From Sminthopsis crassicaudata (lineage: Eukaryota), in assembly GCF_048593235.1 (NCBI RefSeq), contig NC_133622.1, positions 59,706,001 through 59,770,000 on the forward strand: a DNA stretch of 64,000 nucleotides, written 5' to 3'. The notes under the pieces were generated by a model. It was not told the DNA's origin. It worked only from the letters and a program-made list of their open reading frames with translations, and searched no databases. Position 1 is the stretch's first letter, and each line of letters starts with the position of its first letter. The position numbers and the translations under genes were made by a program. Positions 39,458 through 52,402 of this stretch are shown here, piece after piece.

Positions 39458-40127
39458 TGTGAGAAATTCTGAAAAGCTGGGTTTCCGCAGAGTGTTGCAA
39501 GTTTATAGGTGGTGTAGGATAGTAGATACCACTGACCAAGAGGTTTTCAGAATGTGAAAGGTTAAGGAAGGTTAAGATTCCACATAACAATCATGTGATC
39601 AATAGAAGTCTTGAGCTAACAAGAAATTGAGCAGCTAGAGGCATATAGGTGGATTCAGTCAATCAGAAAAAATGTGGTTTTGAGAAAAACACATACTAAA
39701 GATAATAGCAGATCCAACCCAGACTAGTTGGGATCAATGATCTGACTTGATCAAATCACCATTGTATCTGTTTAATAAGATAATTGAATATTAATATTCA
39801 ATGTTGAATATTAGGAGGAGTTTTCCACCATTTTGAACATGGACTATGGTGAGAGAGGGGAAACTTTTTATACATATTAAAGGGTAACATGTAGAAGGTA
39901 TATTATAAAGATTGTAACCTGGAAGGGAATGTACCAATCTGTTCTCTGAAGGGAGGGGCTATATCAAATTAACAAGTATAAAGCTTCTTAAGCTTATGTG
40001 CTCAAGATTCCCTTCTCTTGAAGAGGAGTGGAGTCTAGTTCTGGACAGAAATGTTAAGATGATTCCTTAATATTTTAATAAATGGTTTTGATATCTGATT
40101 TTCAGTGTCAAAAGTGTATTTCTAACA
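39458..40127 (+). mobile_element. Solitary LTR (670 bp) with a perfect 5-bp TSD
   Basis: TG...CA ends (tgtgagaaat...ttctaaca). TSD ATGAT at 39453-39457 and 40128-40132. TATA-like gtataaa near 39976 and AATAAA near 40077. Confidence 0.92.
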
Positions 40128-40205
40128 ATGATTAAATTTATTCTTAATAATAAAGTATTTTAATTAAGATATTTATATTTTAGATATAATACTATTGCAT
40201 ACTAT
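40128..40205 (+). mobile_element. Tigger1-like element, right part (truncated)
   Basis: aataaagtattttaattaagatat...ttagatataatactattgcata resumes the Tigger1 3' sequence also seen at 12915-12965. Confidence 0.8.
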
Positions 40206-41199
40206 ATCTAAAGATTCATCATTGTGAATAATAAAGTTTCAGGTCATCTACTATGAGCAAGTGTAGATAAGTATATGACCCAAGGGGACTCAAGGTATAA
40301 CTAAGTAGAGCTAAATTGTCAAACTCAAATGTGCTATAGAGAAGCAGGGCCTGGATCTGACTTCTAGACCCAATCAAAGAATAAAATCTGGAGAGAAGGG
40401 AAAAAATAAAGAATATTAACTAGTATTAAAAATTATTTTGAATCTAGATATCATATGTCTTACATTTTATCCATTTTTAAAATTATTTGATCTTTTTCTA
40501 ATATTTCTTTTGGTTTCACATAATTATAGATTTTTTCATATATTCTAATTTTCAGTGAGTCTCTTATTTGGAGAGTAGATTAAAAGAGAAAAACACAAAT
40601 CTGATTGATCCTCATAAAATAAGAACTTTTAGCTGACATTTTGGCCAACATAGAAGACCTTTTTGATTTTATGGATGAATGAGGATATCCATGAGACACT
40701 TTGAATTGAGTGCTGATTCAAGCCACATAACAGCACTTTAAATAACTTTGTGGCTTCAAATTTTCCAGCAATTCCATGGGCACAAGGTCTGTTTCTGTTG
40801 TTGTTATTTATTTGTTTTGTTTTGGGCTTTTATTTTTTTGTTTCTTTTTGTTTTATTTTGTTTTTATCCTTTTTTTTTCTGGACAGAGTGGGATGGAGAC
40901 ATATAATCTTTGGAGGATCATGCAGACCAGGTAGCAATACTTGGAGAGTAAGACCAGATCTCTCACATTAATGGTAAGTTCTTTTTTTTGTCAGGAACAA
41001 TACTGCCAAAACTTTGTATAAATTGACCCAGAAAGCTAATGTGGAGGAGAATGAGATAGAACAGGAAGATGAAAAAGCTTTGAAGCCAAATGAAGTACTG
41101 ATAGAACTGATCAGAATATGTCACTTATCATTTTCAAGAGTCTAAAAGAAAATTAATCTCAATCATCACCATAAATTAAATGAGAAAAAATATTTTAAA

Positions 41200-42900
41200 A
41201 ATAAAAAATAATAATAAATCATTTACTTTCTTTTGTTTTTAATTAAATTTTATGGGTTTTATTAAAATGTAAATCCTTTATCCCTACTCTTCCTACCATG
41301 AGAAAGCAAAAAACAAAAACAAAACAAAAACAAAAACATGTTAAAACAGTTACAGTCAAGCAAAATCAATTCCTGCATAGAATATGTTTAGATAAAAAGA
41401 TAGATAGACATAGACATATACACATACACATATATGCATATACACACAATTGCAGCATTGCATTGATCAAAGCTACTAATTCTTTAAAAATCATTCTTCT
41501 TTAAATATTGTTCTTATTTAACTCTGCATGTTTTTATTTCAATAATGATTCTTATAAACAACATATTGTTATGCTATATTTTCTAATATATTACACCCTC
41601 TTCCTTTATATATCCGAACTCATCTTATTCACATTCATAATCATGCCTGTAAATTTCATACTTTCCTCCATTGTATTGTCTTACCTCTCTTCATTTTTAT
41701 TTTCTCCTATATTTATATTTCAAAGTTTCTAAACAGGTATTTTTTTGGGGGAAAGGGATATTTGGAAGTCTTCTATTTCATTAAAATCTATTTTTTCTCT
41801 ATAGGAATAGATTATATTGCTATATATTATATTATTTGTTGGAAGCTTATATATTTTGCTTTATGACATTTACATTTTAAATTATCTTTTACTTTCTAAT
41901 GGTAGTTTGCACAATCATGCTTAATTCTAATTATGGCTCTTTGGTAGATAAATTTTTCTTTCTGTTAGTTTGCATTTTTTCCCTACTGGACCTCTGGATT
42001 TGGGGTATAACATTCTTGGGCATTCCCATTTGGGGGTTTCAATAGGTAAACTCCTAAATTCTTTATGTTCCAACTTTGTCCTCTGGTTCTAAATGATCTA
42101 GGCAGTTTTATGATTTTTTGAAATATGTTTAGACTTTATTTTGGACATAGATTTCAGATAGCTTAATAATTTTAAAGTTACTTGTCTTTGATCTGTTTTC
42201 TAAGTTAACAGATTTTGCTATTTCTTGGTATTTTTACTTTTATTTGTTGTTTCATGTTGTCATCAGCTTCTATCTAACCTATTGTAATTTTCAGAGGATT
42301 CAAATTTTGGTTCAAGCTTTTAAAATGTATTTCAAATTATTTCTTCTGAAGAGTTCATATATTTTTTCTCAATATTTTAAAGCTCTTGCCTTCTCATTTA
42401 TATTTTTTAAATATTTTAAATTATTTTTAATCTTTACTTTACATCTTCCAGAAACAGGAAATTCTTCAACTTCTAATTGAAATTGTTCCTCAGTTATATT
42501 TTCCTTTGAGTCTTTGATTATAAATGTTTGGGATTCATTCTCTTCCTCTGAGTTTGTTATGAAAATCCTTATCACCTCAATTATTTTTTATGACACAATT
42601 ATTTAGCTGTTGTTGCTATTTATTCTCCCAGCCTACTTTCTGACTTCAAATCTTACTCTATGTGCAGATTTTTTGTCCTTCTTTAGTTAATGTCTCAGAT
42701 GAATTCTTGATACTTGTGCTGTTTTCTAAATGAATTGAGTTTATTTTATCTCAAGATATTAAGGACAGCTCAGACTAGGGATCTGCAAACTTTCAGTATT
42801 GTCAGATTATTTGAATATAGGGCAAAGTCTGATCATTCAAGTTTCTGATTGGAGTTTGATTCTAGATAACATTTTAGTAAAAAAAAAAAATGCTCTTAGA
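41200..42900 (-). mobile_element. Old marsupial L1 (L1_Mars-like) remnant: 3' UTR and ORF1 region
   Basis: tagtcaagcaaaa-type 3' UTR motif at about 41355. Reverse ORF1 pattern ctggacctctggatttggggtataacattc...cctctggttctaaatgatctaggcagtttt...gatctgttttctaagtta. Confidence 0.7.
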
Positions 42901-43529
42901 CCTGGCTTCCAAGATAAGGAATGAAAATAATATCACTTTTTTATATAGGGAAATAGAATTATGAAAGAGAAAACACTATATATAATGTTAGACTTATTTA
43001 GGGTATTTCTTCATTTTCTAGAACTGTTTTTTTTTCCTTTTTTTTTCCTTCTCATTCCCCCATGCTAGCATTCCAGTCTTTTATATCTTTTTCCAACTGG
43101 GAAGTGGAGATGGAGCATAGTAATCTGCACATAAGATATAGTCTTAAAAAAAGGGAAAATGCTTACAGTTTTAGCCAAACTAAGATTGTATATTCTAGGA
43201 GAATTCATATTTCAAGCAAGTGGATCATACACATTGATAAATGCTTATGTGAAAGAGATGCTAGAAGAATAACCACCCACAGAAAAGCCTGAAAAGTATC
43301 TCTATCATTCAATATTGTTATCTATAAAATGGTAATGTGTTGCATTGATAACTATCATCATCTTCATTTACAAAAGACAAAATATGATTACTTTTTGAAC
43401 AGTTCATTCTCTCACAGTAAGGGTGACTTTCTAGATGCATTGGATTGCTATGGTTGATATAATGTATTTGCCAATAACAGTAAAGGAGGCATTGATATAA
43501 CTTCCTCTTTGCCTGCTAGGAATCATTTC

Positions 43530-43810
43530 ACACCATCACCAAATCTCACAGTTGGAGGGAATCTCAGACCATTCAATTTATGTTGCAATGGGAAAAATTC
43601 CTTTTATAAAATATAGAAAAATGTTACCCAACAAGTTTTCAAATAAGGGGAAGCCCCATTCCCTTGGCAGCCCAATTCTCCTTTGAACAGCTTTAATTAC
43701 CATGGTAGTTTTTACTTATTTCAGGCCGAAATTTGCCTATATAAATTCTAACCCACTGCTCCCAATTTTTAGCTTCCAAAACCAAGCAGAGCAAGTCTAC
43801 TCCCTTGGGA
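43530..43810 (-). mobile_element. L3/CR1 3' fragment
   Basis: ggcagcccaattctcctttgaacagctttaatt...aaatttgcct...acccactgctcccaatttt...ccaagcagagcaagtctactccc. Confidence 0.6.
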
Positions 43811-44226
43811 AAACTTTATAATTCAATTTAGTTTTTTAGAAAGCATTTATTAAGCCCTGATTTGCTAGGTAAAACGGTAGATACTAAAGACACAAAAACA
43901 AAATGAACAACCTTTTCCTCAAATGTATATTCTACTATAAGAAAATGAAATGTGAAAAGATAATTAAAAACAAAGTAATCATGCTGGTGGTCTAGGAACA
44001 TTACAACTAATGAAGTTGTTTGAGGTAGCCCTGGGACTGAACCTGGCAAAGAGCTAGGGATTTCAATTAATCAATCCATCACTGAACAAACATTTATTAA
44101 GTTCTAAGTCTTTCCTAATGACTCCTTGTGAAAGAGAAAGAAGAAAAAAGTCCATGTTCATGAAGAACTTATATTCTATTGGGAAATCAAGAATAAATAT
44201 TTAAATAAATAGAACATACACTCATG

Positions 44227-44279
<53 letters not shown>

Positions 44280-44337
44280 GACATACATATTCACATATAC
44301 ATACATACTCAAAAATGCATTCATTTTGAGAATAGTA

Positions 44338-44872
44338 NNNNNNNNNNNNNNNNNNNNNNNNNNNNNNNNNNNNNNNNNNNNNNNNNNNNNNNNNNNNNNN
44401 NNNNNNNNNNNNNNNNNNNNNNNNNNNNNNNNNNNNNNNNNNNNNNNNNNNNNNNNNNNNNNNNNNNNNNNNNNNNNNNNNNNNNNNNNNNNNNNNNNNN
44501 NNNNNNNNNNNNNNNNNNNNNNNNNNNNNNNNNNNNNNNNNNNNNNNNNNNNNNNNNNNNNNNNNNNNNNNNNNNNNNNNNNNNNNNNNNNNNNNNNNNN
44601 NNNNNNNNNNNNNNNNNNNNNNNNNNNNNNNNNNNNNNNNNNNNNNNNNNNNNNNNNNNNNNNNNNNNNNNNNNNNNNNNNNNNNNNNNNNNNNNNNNNN
44701 NNNNNNNNNNNNNNNNNNNNNNNNNNNNNNNNNNNNNNNNNNNNNNNNNNNNNNNNNNNNNNNNNNNNNNNNNNNNNNNNNNNNNNNNNNNNNNNNNNNN
44801 NNNNNNNNNNNNNNNNNNNNNNNNNNNNNNNNNNNNNNNNNNNNNNNNNNNNNNNNNNNNNNNNNNNNNNNN
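44338..44872. other. Assembly gap (535 N)
   Basis: Run of N. Confidence 1.
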
Positions 44873-45295
44873 GAGGATAAAAACAAGGAGGAAAAGGAGG
44901 AGGAGGATGAAGAGGATGAAAAATGAAGGCATTTAAAAATATATTGTGATCTACCAGTAGGACAAGGACTAGTTCATCAAGCCAGTTAAATCAAGGAACA
45001 TTTCTTAAGCAGTTATTAATTATCAGACATGGAGAAGTTCTAAGAATTCAAAATCAAGTAGCTCTGGAATTACAAAATAGCTCAAAGAGTATATAAACTA
45101 ATAAAGGAAGTCAGTAAGTGAAAAGAAGCTGAAGAGAAAAAGTGGAAAGGAGTAAGAGATGAAAGAACCCAGTATGCATTACGATAATGCAATGAACATA
45201 TTGAAGGCCTGGACTTTCTCTTAAAATAAAAATTTTGGAACAACCAATTAATCAGAGAAAGAGGTTTCAGGTTAAAAAAATTAAACAGGTTAGAG

Positions 45296-45487
45296 CAGGG
45301 GTTCTCAAACTACGGCCCCAGGGCCAGATGCACCAGCTGAGGACTTTTATGTGGCCCACCAGATTATGACAAATGGGCTGAGGGGCATAGACAGAGTGTG
45401 AGTTTTTGTTTTTACTATAGTCCGGCCCTCCAACAGTCTGAGGGACAGAGAACTGGGCCCCCTATTTAAAAAGTTTGAGGACTACTG
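45296..45487 (+). mobile_element. OC1/OposCharlie1-type hAT non-autonomous MITE (192 bp)
   Basis: 16-bp TIRs CAGGGGTTCTCAAACT / AGTTTGAGGACTACTG. Perfect 8-bp TSD GGTTAGAG (45288-45295 and 45488-45495) with central TA. Body includes ctatagtccggccctccaacagtctgagggacag. Confidence 0.92.
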
Positions 45488-45583
45488 GGTTAGAGAGTGA
45501 AATATGGAGGTAAAATAAGCTTCTGAGATAGATCCCTGTGCCACTGAAGAGAAAGTCTGCAATAGTAAGAATTACAGCTTGGC

Positions 45584-45736
45584 NNNNNNNNNNNNNNNNN
45601 NNNNNNNNNNNNNNNNNNNNNNNNNNNNNNNNNNNNNNNNNNNNNNNNNNNNNNNNNNNNNNNNNNNNNNNNNNNNNNNNNNNNNNNNNNNNNNNNNNNN
45701 NNNNNNNNNNNNNNNNNNNNNNNNNNNNNNNNNNNN
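45584..45736. other. Assembly gap (153 N)
   Basis: Run of N. Confidence 1.
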
Positions 45737-46950
45737 AAGTTCTTATCACCAGCAACAAAAGAGATGTAATCAAAGTCACTGATAGAGGGCTTGGACTTAG
45801 CCAAGAATAAGGTTACTTCTTGCTTTTTCTGTTCTCTAAAGCAAAGGAAAGGAGAATGGACAATGATGCTGAGGCGATCTGATGTTTAAATCTAGATTTA
45901 AGTTAGAGATCATGATAGATTGCCTCATTTTTTTCACTAAAGTATGAGACCAAATAACCTACCAAAGAGAAAGGAATTTTCTTGTAGGGTTTGTGACTTG
46001 AGGAGATAGGAAATTTAGAAGTTATTATAAAAAGTACAATATAGAGTTAATCAGAGAAAGGTAAAGAAAATAAATGTAGTGATGTACAGAAGTGACATCC
46101 TATTTGAGATTCTATAGGAAAAAATATGTTGTCGACCCAGTCACCAAGGTTACTTCAGAGCCAAGCGTCTTGAGTATAGCATGATATAGAAGGTTTTTAA
46201 TGTCCACATTTCCTTACTTTGGACATTCACCAGTTCATCAATGTTGCTCTTGAAGTATTGTTTGGGATGATACCCAAAACACAGAAACTATTACCATAAA
46301 TTTATAACATATAAATTTAACTTGACTTTAACCAAGTTAAAAAGAAAAGTATGCATAGAGCCAGAATACTTGGGCTGGACTAGCTCTGTAAATGGAAATA
46401 AACCATTGTGCCTCTGTCCTTCAGCATAATAATCTGAAAAATGGGGACAATCATATTTATCATTCATAACTCTGGAGGAAAGTAGTCAGAGCAAAACTGG
46501 TCTGTATCCTATAAAAATGCTATAGAAATGTGAGGTATTTTCAATATTGGCTTAAGGAAATGATTTAAACACAAAGTTGGCAATAAAAGATGAATTCACA
46601 CTGACTCTCACTAAGGAAAATAGATATTATTAAAAATAAGAAAGAACCAAGTATTTTACCATGGATGTTAAATAATCAAATGGATTTTGAGGCCTACAGA
46701 GTTTTATTATTCTGTTATTGATGGTTTACATATCACATACTTAATTGACTAAATTAATAATGAAGAATAGCAGTTTAGCACCTATGCAATTCATTTACTA
46801 TGCAAGAATCTGCTAGTTAGCTTTTTGGAAAGTGGTCAGTCATTATTAATGTATCTCTTGTGCACTGTGCTAACATTAATCAGCTTGAATTAATGTAGTG
46901 ATCCTAAGCTGGCATTAATAAGTGTCTATTTTTAAAATGTGCTATGATGA

Positions 46951-48140
46951 GGGGATGGAATCAAGACAGTGGAGAATAGACAGGATGTTGTCTCAGTTCT
47001 TCCTGTCTTCCCTAAGAAATAACAGTGGATCAAGCCTCTGAATGGATTTTGGAGTCACAGAATACACAAACATTGGAACTGTAATAATTTTCCAGCCTAA
47101 GATATTTTTGAAAGATTTCAAAAAGGTCTGTCTCAATTGAGTAGGGGGAAAGGGGACCCAGCACAGATGCAGCACAGAACGATACAGCACGGGGAAATCT
47201 GGTTCAGAAAGGCACAGGGAATCAGTGGAAAGCTCTTAGCCAAAAACAGCATTCATTACTTTATCCTGATAGATATCAGCAGACCAGATATGAGAATTCT
47301 AATGCAACCATAGAAGGCAATCTGTGAGCCACTGAACCCCAGGATAACTACTGAGATTGAGCAAGGCCAATTGGAGCAGTGCAAAAGCTTGCAGCAACAG
47401 CCGCAGTGCTTTCACTAAGAAATCCAATTTGACTGGCAGAGAAAGCTCTGGACAGTTTTCCATGTTCCTTAAGAGAAGACCTCAACCTTTAAAAATGAGC
47501 AAAAAAGCAAAAAAAAAAAAAAAATCTTCAACACAGAAATCAACTCTATGAGTTACAGGAAAGACCAACACATAAAAGTAGAAAACAACAAATGCAATAT
47601 ACTTGCAGATGAGACCTCAAAGTGAGGTAGAATTCACAAGGGCCCTTGAAAGAATTCAAAATAGATCTCGAAATAGAGGTAAAAGAAAAATGAGAAAAAT
47701 AAATAAGAACAATGTAAGAGATTTATGGAAGTTTTGAGGGTGAAGTCAGTATGTTGGAAAAGGAAGCACAGAAATTGATTAAAGAAAACAACTACTTAAA
47801 AATAAATTTGATTAAATAGAAGGAAAAAATTACTGAAGACAGCATCTCCTTGAAAAATAGAATTGGAGAAATGGGGAAAAAAATCCACTGAGTAAAACAA
47901 CTCCTTTAAAAGTATAAATGATCAAATGCAAAAGGACAAAAAATAAATAAATAAATAAAAAGCTAACTGAAAAAAAAAAAGTCACTAAAATTAGAATTGG
48001 ACAAATGGAAGTGAATTAGTTAATGAGAAAGAAAGAATCAACCTATTTTAATGAAAAATAGAAGATAATGTATAATATGTCATTAGAAAAAAACAAGAGA
48101 CCTGGAAAATAGATCCAGAAGAGAGAATCTAAGAATTATA
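46951..48140 (+). mobile_element. L1 5' UTR plus decayed ORF1 (N-terminal/coiled-coil part)
   Basis: L1-like 5' start ggggatggaatcaagacagtggag. Repeated actgaag/aaacaactcct...agaattgg units. gacctggaaaatagatccagaagagagaatctaagaatt encodes DLENRSRRENLRI. Confidence 0.88.
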
Positions 48141-48179
48141 TTCCATTTAAATTAATTGTATATATAAAATATTTGAGTG

Positions 48180-48795
48180 TCTATCTGATAAGACAAAACT
48201 AAGGATTATATAAGCACAATTACAAAACACTTGCCACACAAATAAAGTCAATTCTAAACAATTGGAAGAATATCAAGTGCTCATGGGAAGGGTGAGCTAA
48301 TATAAGAAAAAATGACAATTCTATCTAAATTAATCTACTTATTCGGTGCCATACCAATTAAACTACCAAGAAATTACTGTATAAAGCCAGAAATGTTCAT
48401 GTCAAAGAACAAACGTTCAAAATTTTTAAGGAAATTAATAAAAACAAATTGAAAGGTGACTTTATTATAACAGAACTAATACTAAAACAATATTATAAAG
48501 CAGTGCTCATCAAGTTAAGAAATAGAATAGTAGGTACATGGAATAGAATAGATTCACATAAAGTAATAGTCAATAACTCCAAATTCTGGAATATGAACTG
48601 ACCATTTGACAAAGATTATTAGGAAAACTGGGAAATTGTATGGCAAAAACTAGGCATTGACCAACACCCTGTATAAAGCTAAGGTCAAAATGGGTTCATG
48701 ATCTAGACATAAATGGTGATAATTATAAACAAATTAGGAGAACAAAGGATAGTTTATCTCTTATATCTAAGGACAAAAAATAAATTTATTGCCAA
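48180..48795 (+). mobile_element. L1 ORF2 fragment (post-RT region), decayed
   Basis: Translates to NNWKNIKCSWEG*ANI...MTILSKLIYLFGAIPIKLPRNY and ENWEIVWQKLGIDQH. Confidence 0.92.
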
Positions 48796-48969
48796 ATAAA
48801 TTTGATCCTTCTAATTCCTCTGAAGATAGGTATAGTTATTATTTTCCATGATATACAAATGAGGAAATTGAGTCAGGCAGAAATTAATTGACTGCTCAGG
48901 AGTACATAGATTATAAGTAAGTATCTGAGATATGTTTGAATTCCCTTAAACCTGAATCACCAGCCTCTA

Positions 48970-49950
48970 AAATTCAGACAATATAAGGTTATCTGAATCA
49001 GAAACAGCAATATATAAGAACAAGGAGAAGTAGAAATCAACTAAGGTAATTATATAAGAAAAAAGAAAAGAAAGAGAAAAAAATAAAATAAATGTACTTG
49101 AAAATGGAAACAAATCTTGGAAACATTTTGAAAGTATCTTGTAATGAAAATAGATTAGATAAAAAGGTGCCAATGATTGATTGTGATGCTATTAAAGAGG
49201 ACTATTTCTAGTACAAAATAAAGTGGAATAATCTTTGCCTAACTAAGAAAGATATTATCACTGCTACCTCTGACAGATTCAGTGATCTTTGAATGAATAA
49301 ATTCATCACATAATTGACTAGAAGTACCAAAAAACTGAAAATAATCAGAACCACAGAACAAATGAAGCTGGATCTTATAATTTTTTCATTGATTCAATGA
49401 AACCTGATGATAAAAGAATTGCTTCTATAGATAAAAAAACTCTTTGCTAATGACACACTCAATGATCTAAGCATTTATGGTTTACATATATAGACATTAT
49501 ATGGCCACAGAGGGCAAAGTGATCATCAACAAGCACCGAATAAGTTTAAAATAAGAATAGTAACAATATTGATAACTACAGTTCTGGCATCAATAAGTTT
49601 TGATGTTTTACACATCATTCACAGTTTTAACTTTGATTTCCTGGAAACCTTAAGGAATATGTACATAGAGTAAAATGAATTACAAGAGCTAATTATGTAA
49701 GGGATTCAATTATCATGTTTACTAGGAATGATAGGATGATAGCTAATGAATTAATATTTTGGATAGAAGATAACTGGAAAATTCTAACAGAGCTTAAGTT
49801 AATGGCTGAATTATATAAATTACATGAGAAAAAAAATAAAAAAGGATATATGGCAAGAACTCCTGAAAGGACAAGAATCATTTGTTGATCTAGAAAATAT
49901 ATACAATTCAGAAAACAACTTACTTTTAGCATTGTTGCCTTCTAGTTTAG
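48970..49950 (+). mobile_element. Possible very old L1 ORF2 endonuclease-region remnant
   Basis: A-rich. atagacattatatggccac resembles IDHILGH codons and tggaaaattctaac resembles WKLNN codons. Heavily decayed. Confidence 0.35.
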
Positions 49951-50127
49951 CAAGAGCTAAACAAAAAACAAGTTGGAAAGGCATGAAAGGAAAGGTAATT
50001 CAAGTTTTTGTTATAGTTCTTGTTTATTTATTTTTTGTTGTTATTGCTTTGTTATGTATACACACATACATATATACATATTCAAGAAACAAGAATATTA
50101 CAAATTTCTGATTACTAGCATTGAAAG

Positions 50128-50350
50128 GGCAGGAAGGTGCATAGTGTACAAAGTATTGGATCTGAAGTCAGGAAGACATGACTTCAAATTTGGCTCACAC
50201 TCCTGCTATCTGTGATACTCAGAAAGTCACTCCATCCTGTTCGCCTCAGTTTCCTCATCTGTAAAATGAGCTGGAAAAGTATCTTCCACCAGAAACCCCA
50301 AAAGGGATCACAAAAAGTCAAACATAATTGAAAAATGGCTTAACAATAAA
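50128..50350 (+). mobile_element. MAR1-type SINE
   Basis: Head ggcaggaaggtgcatagtg...ggatctgaagtcaggaagac, core gcctcagtttcctcatctgtaaaatgagctgg, tail gaaaccccaaaagggatcacaaaaagtc. TSD ATTGAAAG at 50120-50127 and 50351-50358. Confidence 0.88.
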
Positions 50351-51599
50351 ATTGAAAGTTTATATCTGAAGGGAACCAGAGAAAAATCTGACTTGCATAT
50401 GAACAGATCATTCAATTTTCAATTTAATGTTAAAGATGCAAATACCTTCAAACATTTTTGTACTTTAGTAAAATAAAACATTAAAGTAAATATGTAATAT
50501 TGTAATATTAAAACTGTAAACCTACATAGAATAATTGCAAATATTCTGTGATTGAGCCTACCTTTTCAAGACTATCTTTTTTTGTTTGTTTTAGATTTTT
50601 GGCCTAGGCTAAGTATATATTAACAAATTTCTACTCCTAAGAGATCATCTTCAATCTCTTATGGCAAGTCCTTCCCATCTCAGGTTCTTTGGTTTTCCTT
50701 AGCAGATCTGTCTTGTCCCTGGCCAAATTGAAGGATAAAGCTCAAATAGAAAACAACTATATCTCAATCATTAATTCTCAACATTGACCTAGAATTTGGT
50801 TCTATTTCCCATTAAGGAGACATAATCAGAGATTTAAATACTATATCCATAGGTCTGTTCTTGCTCATATCAAAATTTGAACTATAGGTCTGCAATCAAT
50901 GTTGTATATAAAATGGGATCACTATCAAGACAGTACTACTATCAATAATCCTGTAAGAAATCATAGCCATTTTTTTCAAAATTAATTTTTAGTCATTTGC
51001 TGTGCAGTTTCTATTGATACAGAAATATAACTCCTTATTAATAATAGAATTGAAACAAATGGATATTTCTAATGATTAGGACATTAGAAGAGAAATAGGG
51101 TTTAAGCTTCTGTATCTGCTACTGATTTACTGCATAACCTTGGAAAGATGGAAACTGCCAGGCCAGATTTTCTAAAGTGCATCTCTTCTATTCTAGGAAA
51201 TGGGCCCCCATTAACAGAAAAGAAAATCTCACGAATGTCAAAATACTCTAAGGACAAATACAGCCTTCCATTTATGTTAAAGTACTTGAAGATCCTCAGG
51301 TGAAATAAATAAATAATAAATGAATAGTATAATTCATACCATTTTTTAGTCTAATGGAAAAACAATAATGTTGGATTGAGATATTAGAAAGATTTACATG
51401 CTTGGTCTCAATTTGCCACTAAATAAATCACATAACTACATTAAGGTTGAGTTTTTCAATTTGTAAAATAGTGATATATATAAATACCAACCTTTTACTT
51501 TTTCTTAAATGAGAGTGGGCCCTTAAATTTTCAGTTCTTCCAAGTTATATGAGATAAGGAAAGGTATATTTTCTACTACTTTTTAGGCTTGTGCTCTGG

Positions 51600-52005
51600 T
51601 GTATGAGTAACCAGAAGAACTTTTTTTTTTTTTTTTTTTTTTTTTACACTCTGGAACTGTGACCAAAGCCTGTAAGCTCTGACATGCTAGTGCTCCTCCT
51701 TGCCATGGGTTTGCCAGCTAAGATCTTACCCAGATAGTTAGGTATGAGCAAAACAACAAAGTACTGATTCTGGTGCCAAATAAAAAGGCAGCTGTAATCC
51801 CCTTTTGATCAGTCCTTCAGCCCCCTAACCATCTGTGTGCTGAGAGCTCTGGAAGCAGTCCCTACTGCTGCATATTCTGTGAATCCCAAGGTCTGCTCCT
51901 GATTTGCTGGGTCCCACTTGATACTGGAAAAATTTGTACTGGACTGTGCTCTACTCTCACCCAGGTACAATAGACCTTTCTTGTTAACTTTCTAGGTTGT
52001 CTTTG
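51600..52005 (-). mobile_element. L1 5' UTR fragment
   Basis: ctggaactgtgacc...tgtgctgagagctctggaagcag...ggactgtgctctactctcacccaggtacaatagacctttc matches a reverse marsupial L1 5' UTR. Confidence 0.75.
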
Positions 52006-52019
52006 AATTCCTTTTATTG

Positions 52020-52341
52020 CAGAAATATGTTCTGACACCTAAACCAAGAGGAGCAAAAACAATGAAAGAAAATTATAAACCAATTTCCTAATGAATATTG
52101 AGGGGAAATTTTCCAAACAAAATATTAGTAAGGAGATTACAGAAATATATAAAAAGGTCATATCTTATAGCAAGTAGTATTTATTCCAGGAATTTACAGA
52201 TAGTTCAATATAAGGAAAACTATAAGCATAACTAACTATATCAATCACAACAAAATAATTAGCATGATTATTCCAATCGATGCAGAAAAAAAGAGCTTTT
52301 TTGGCAAAATACAATCCTTTATGTTTGTTTGTTTTTTAGAT

Positions 52342-52402
<61 letters not shown>

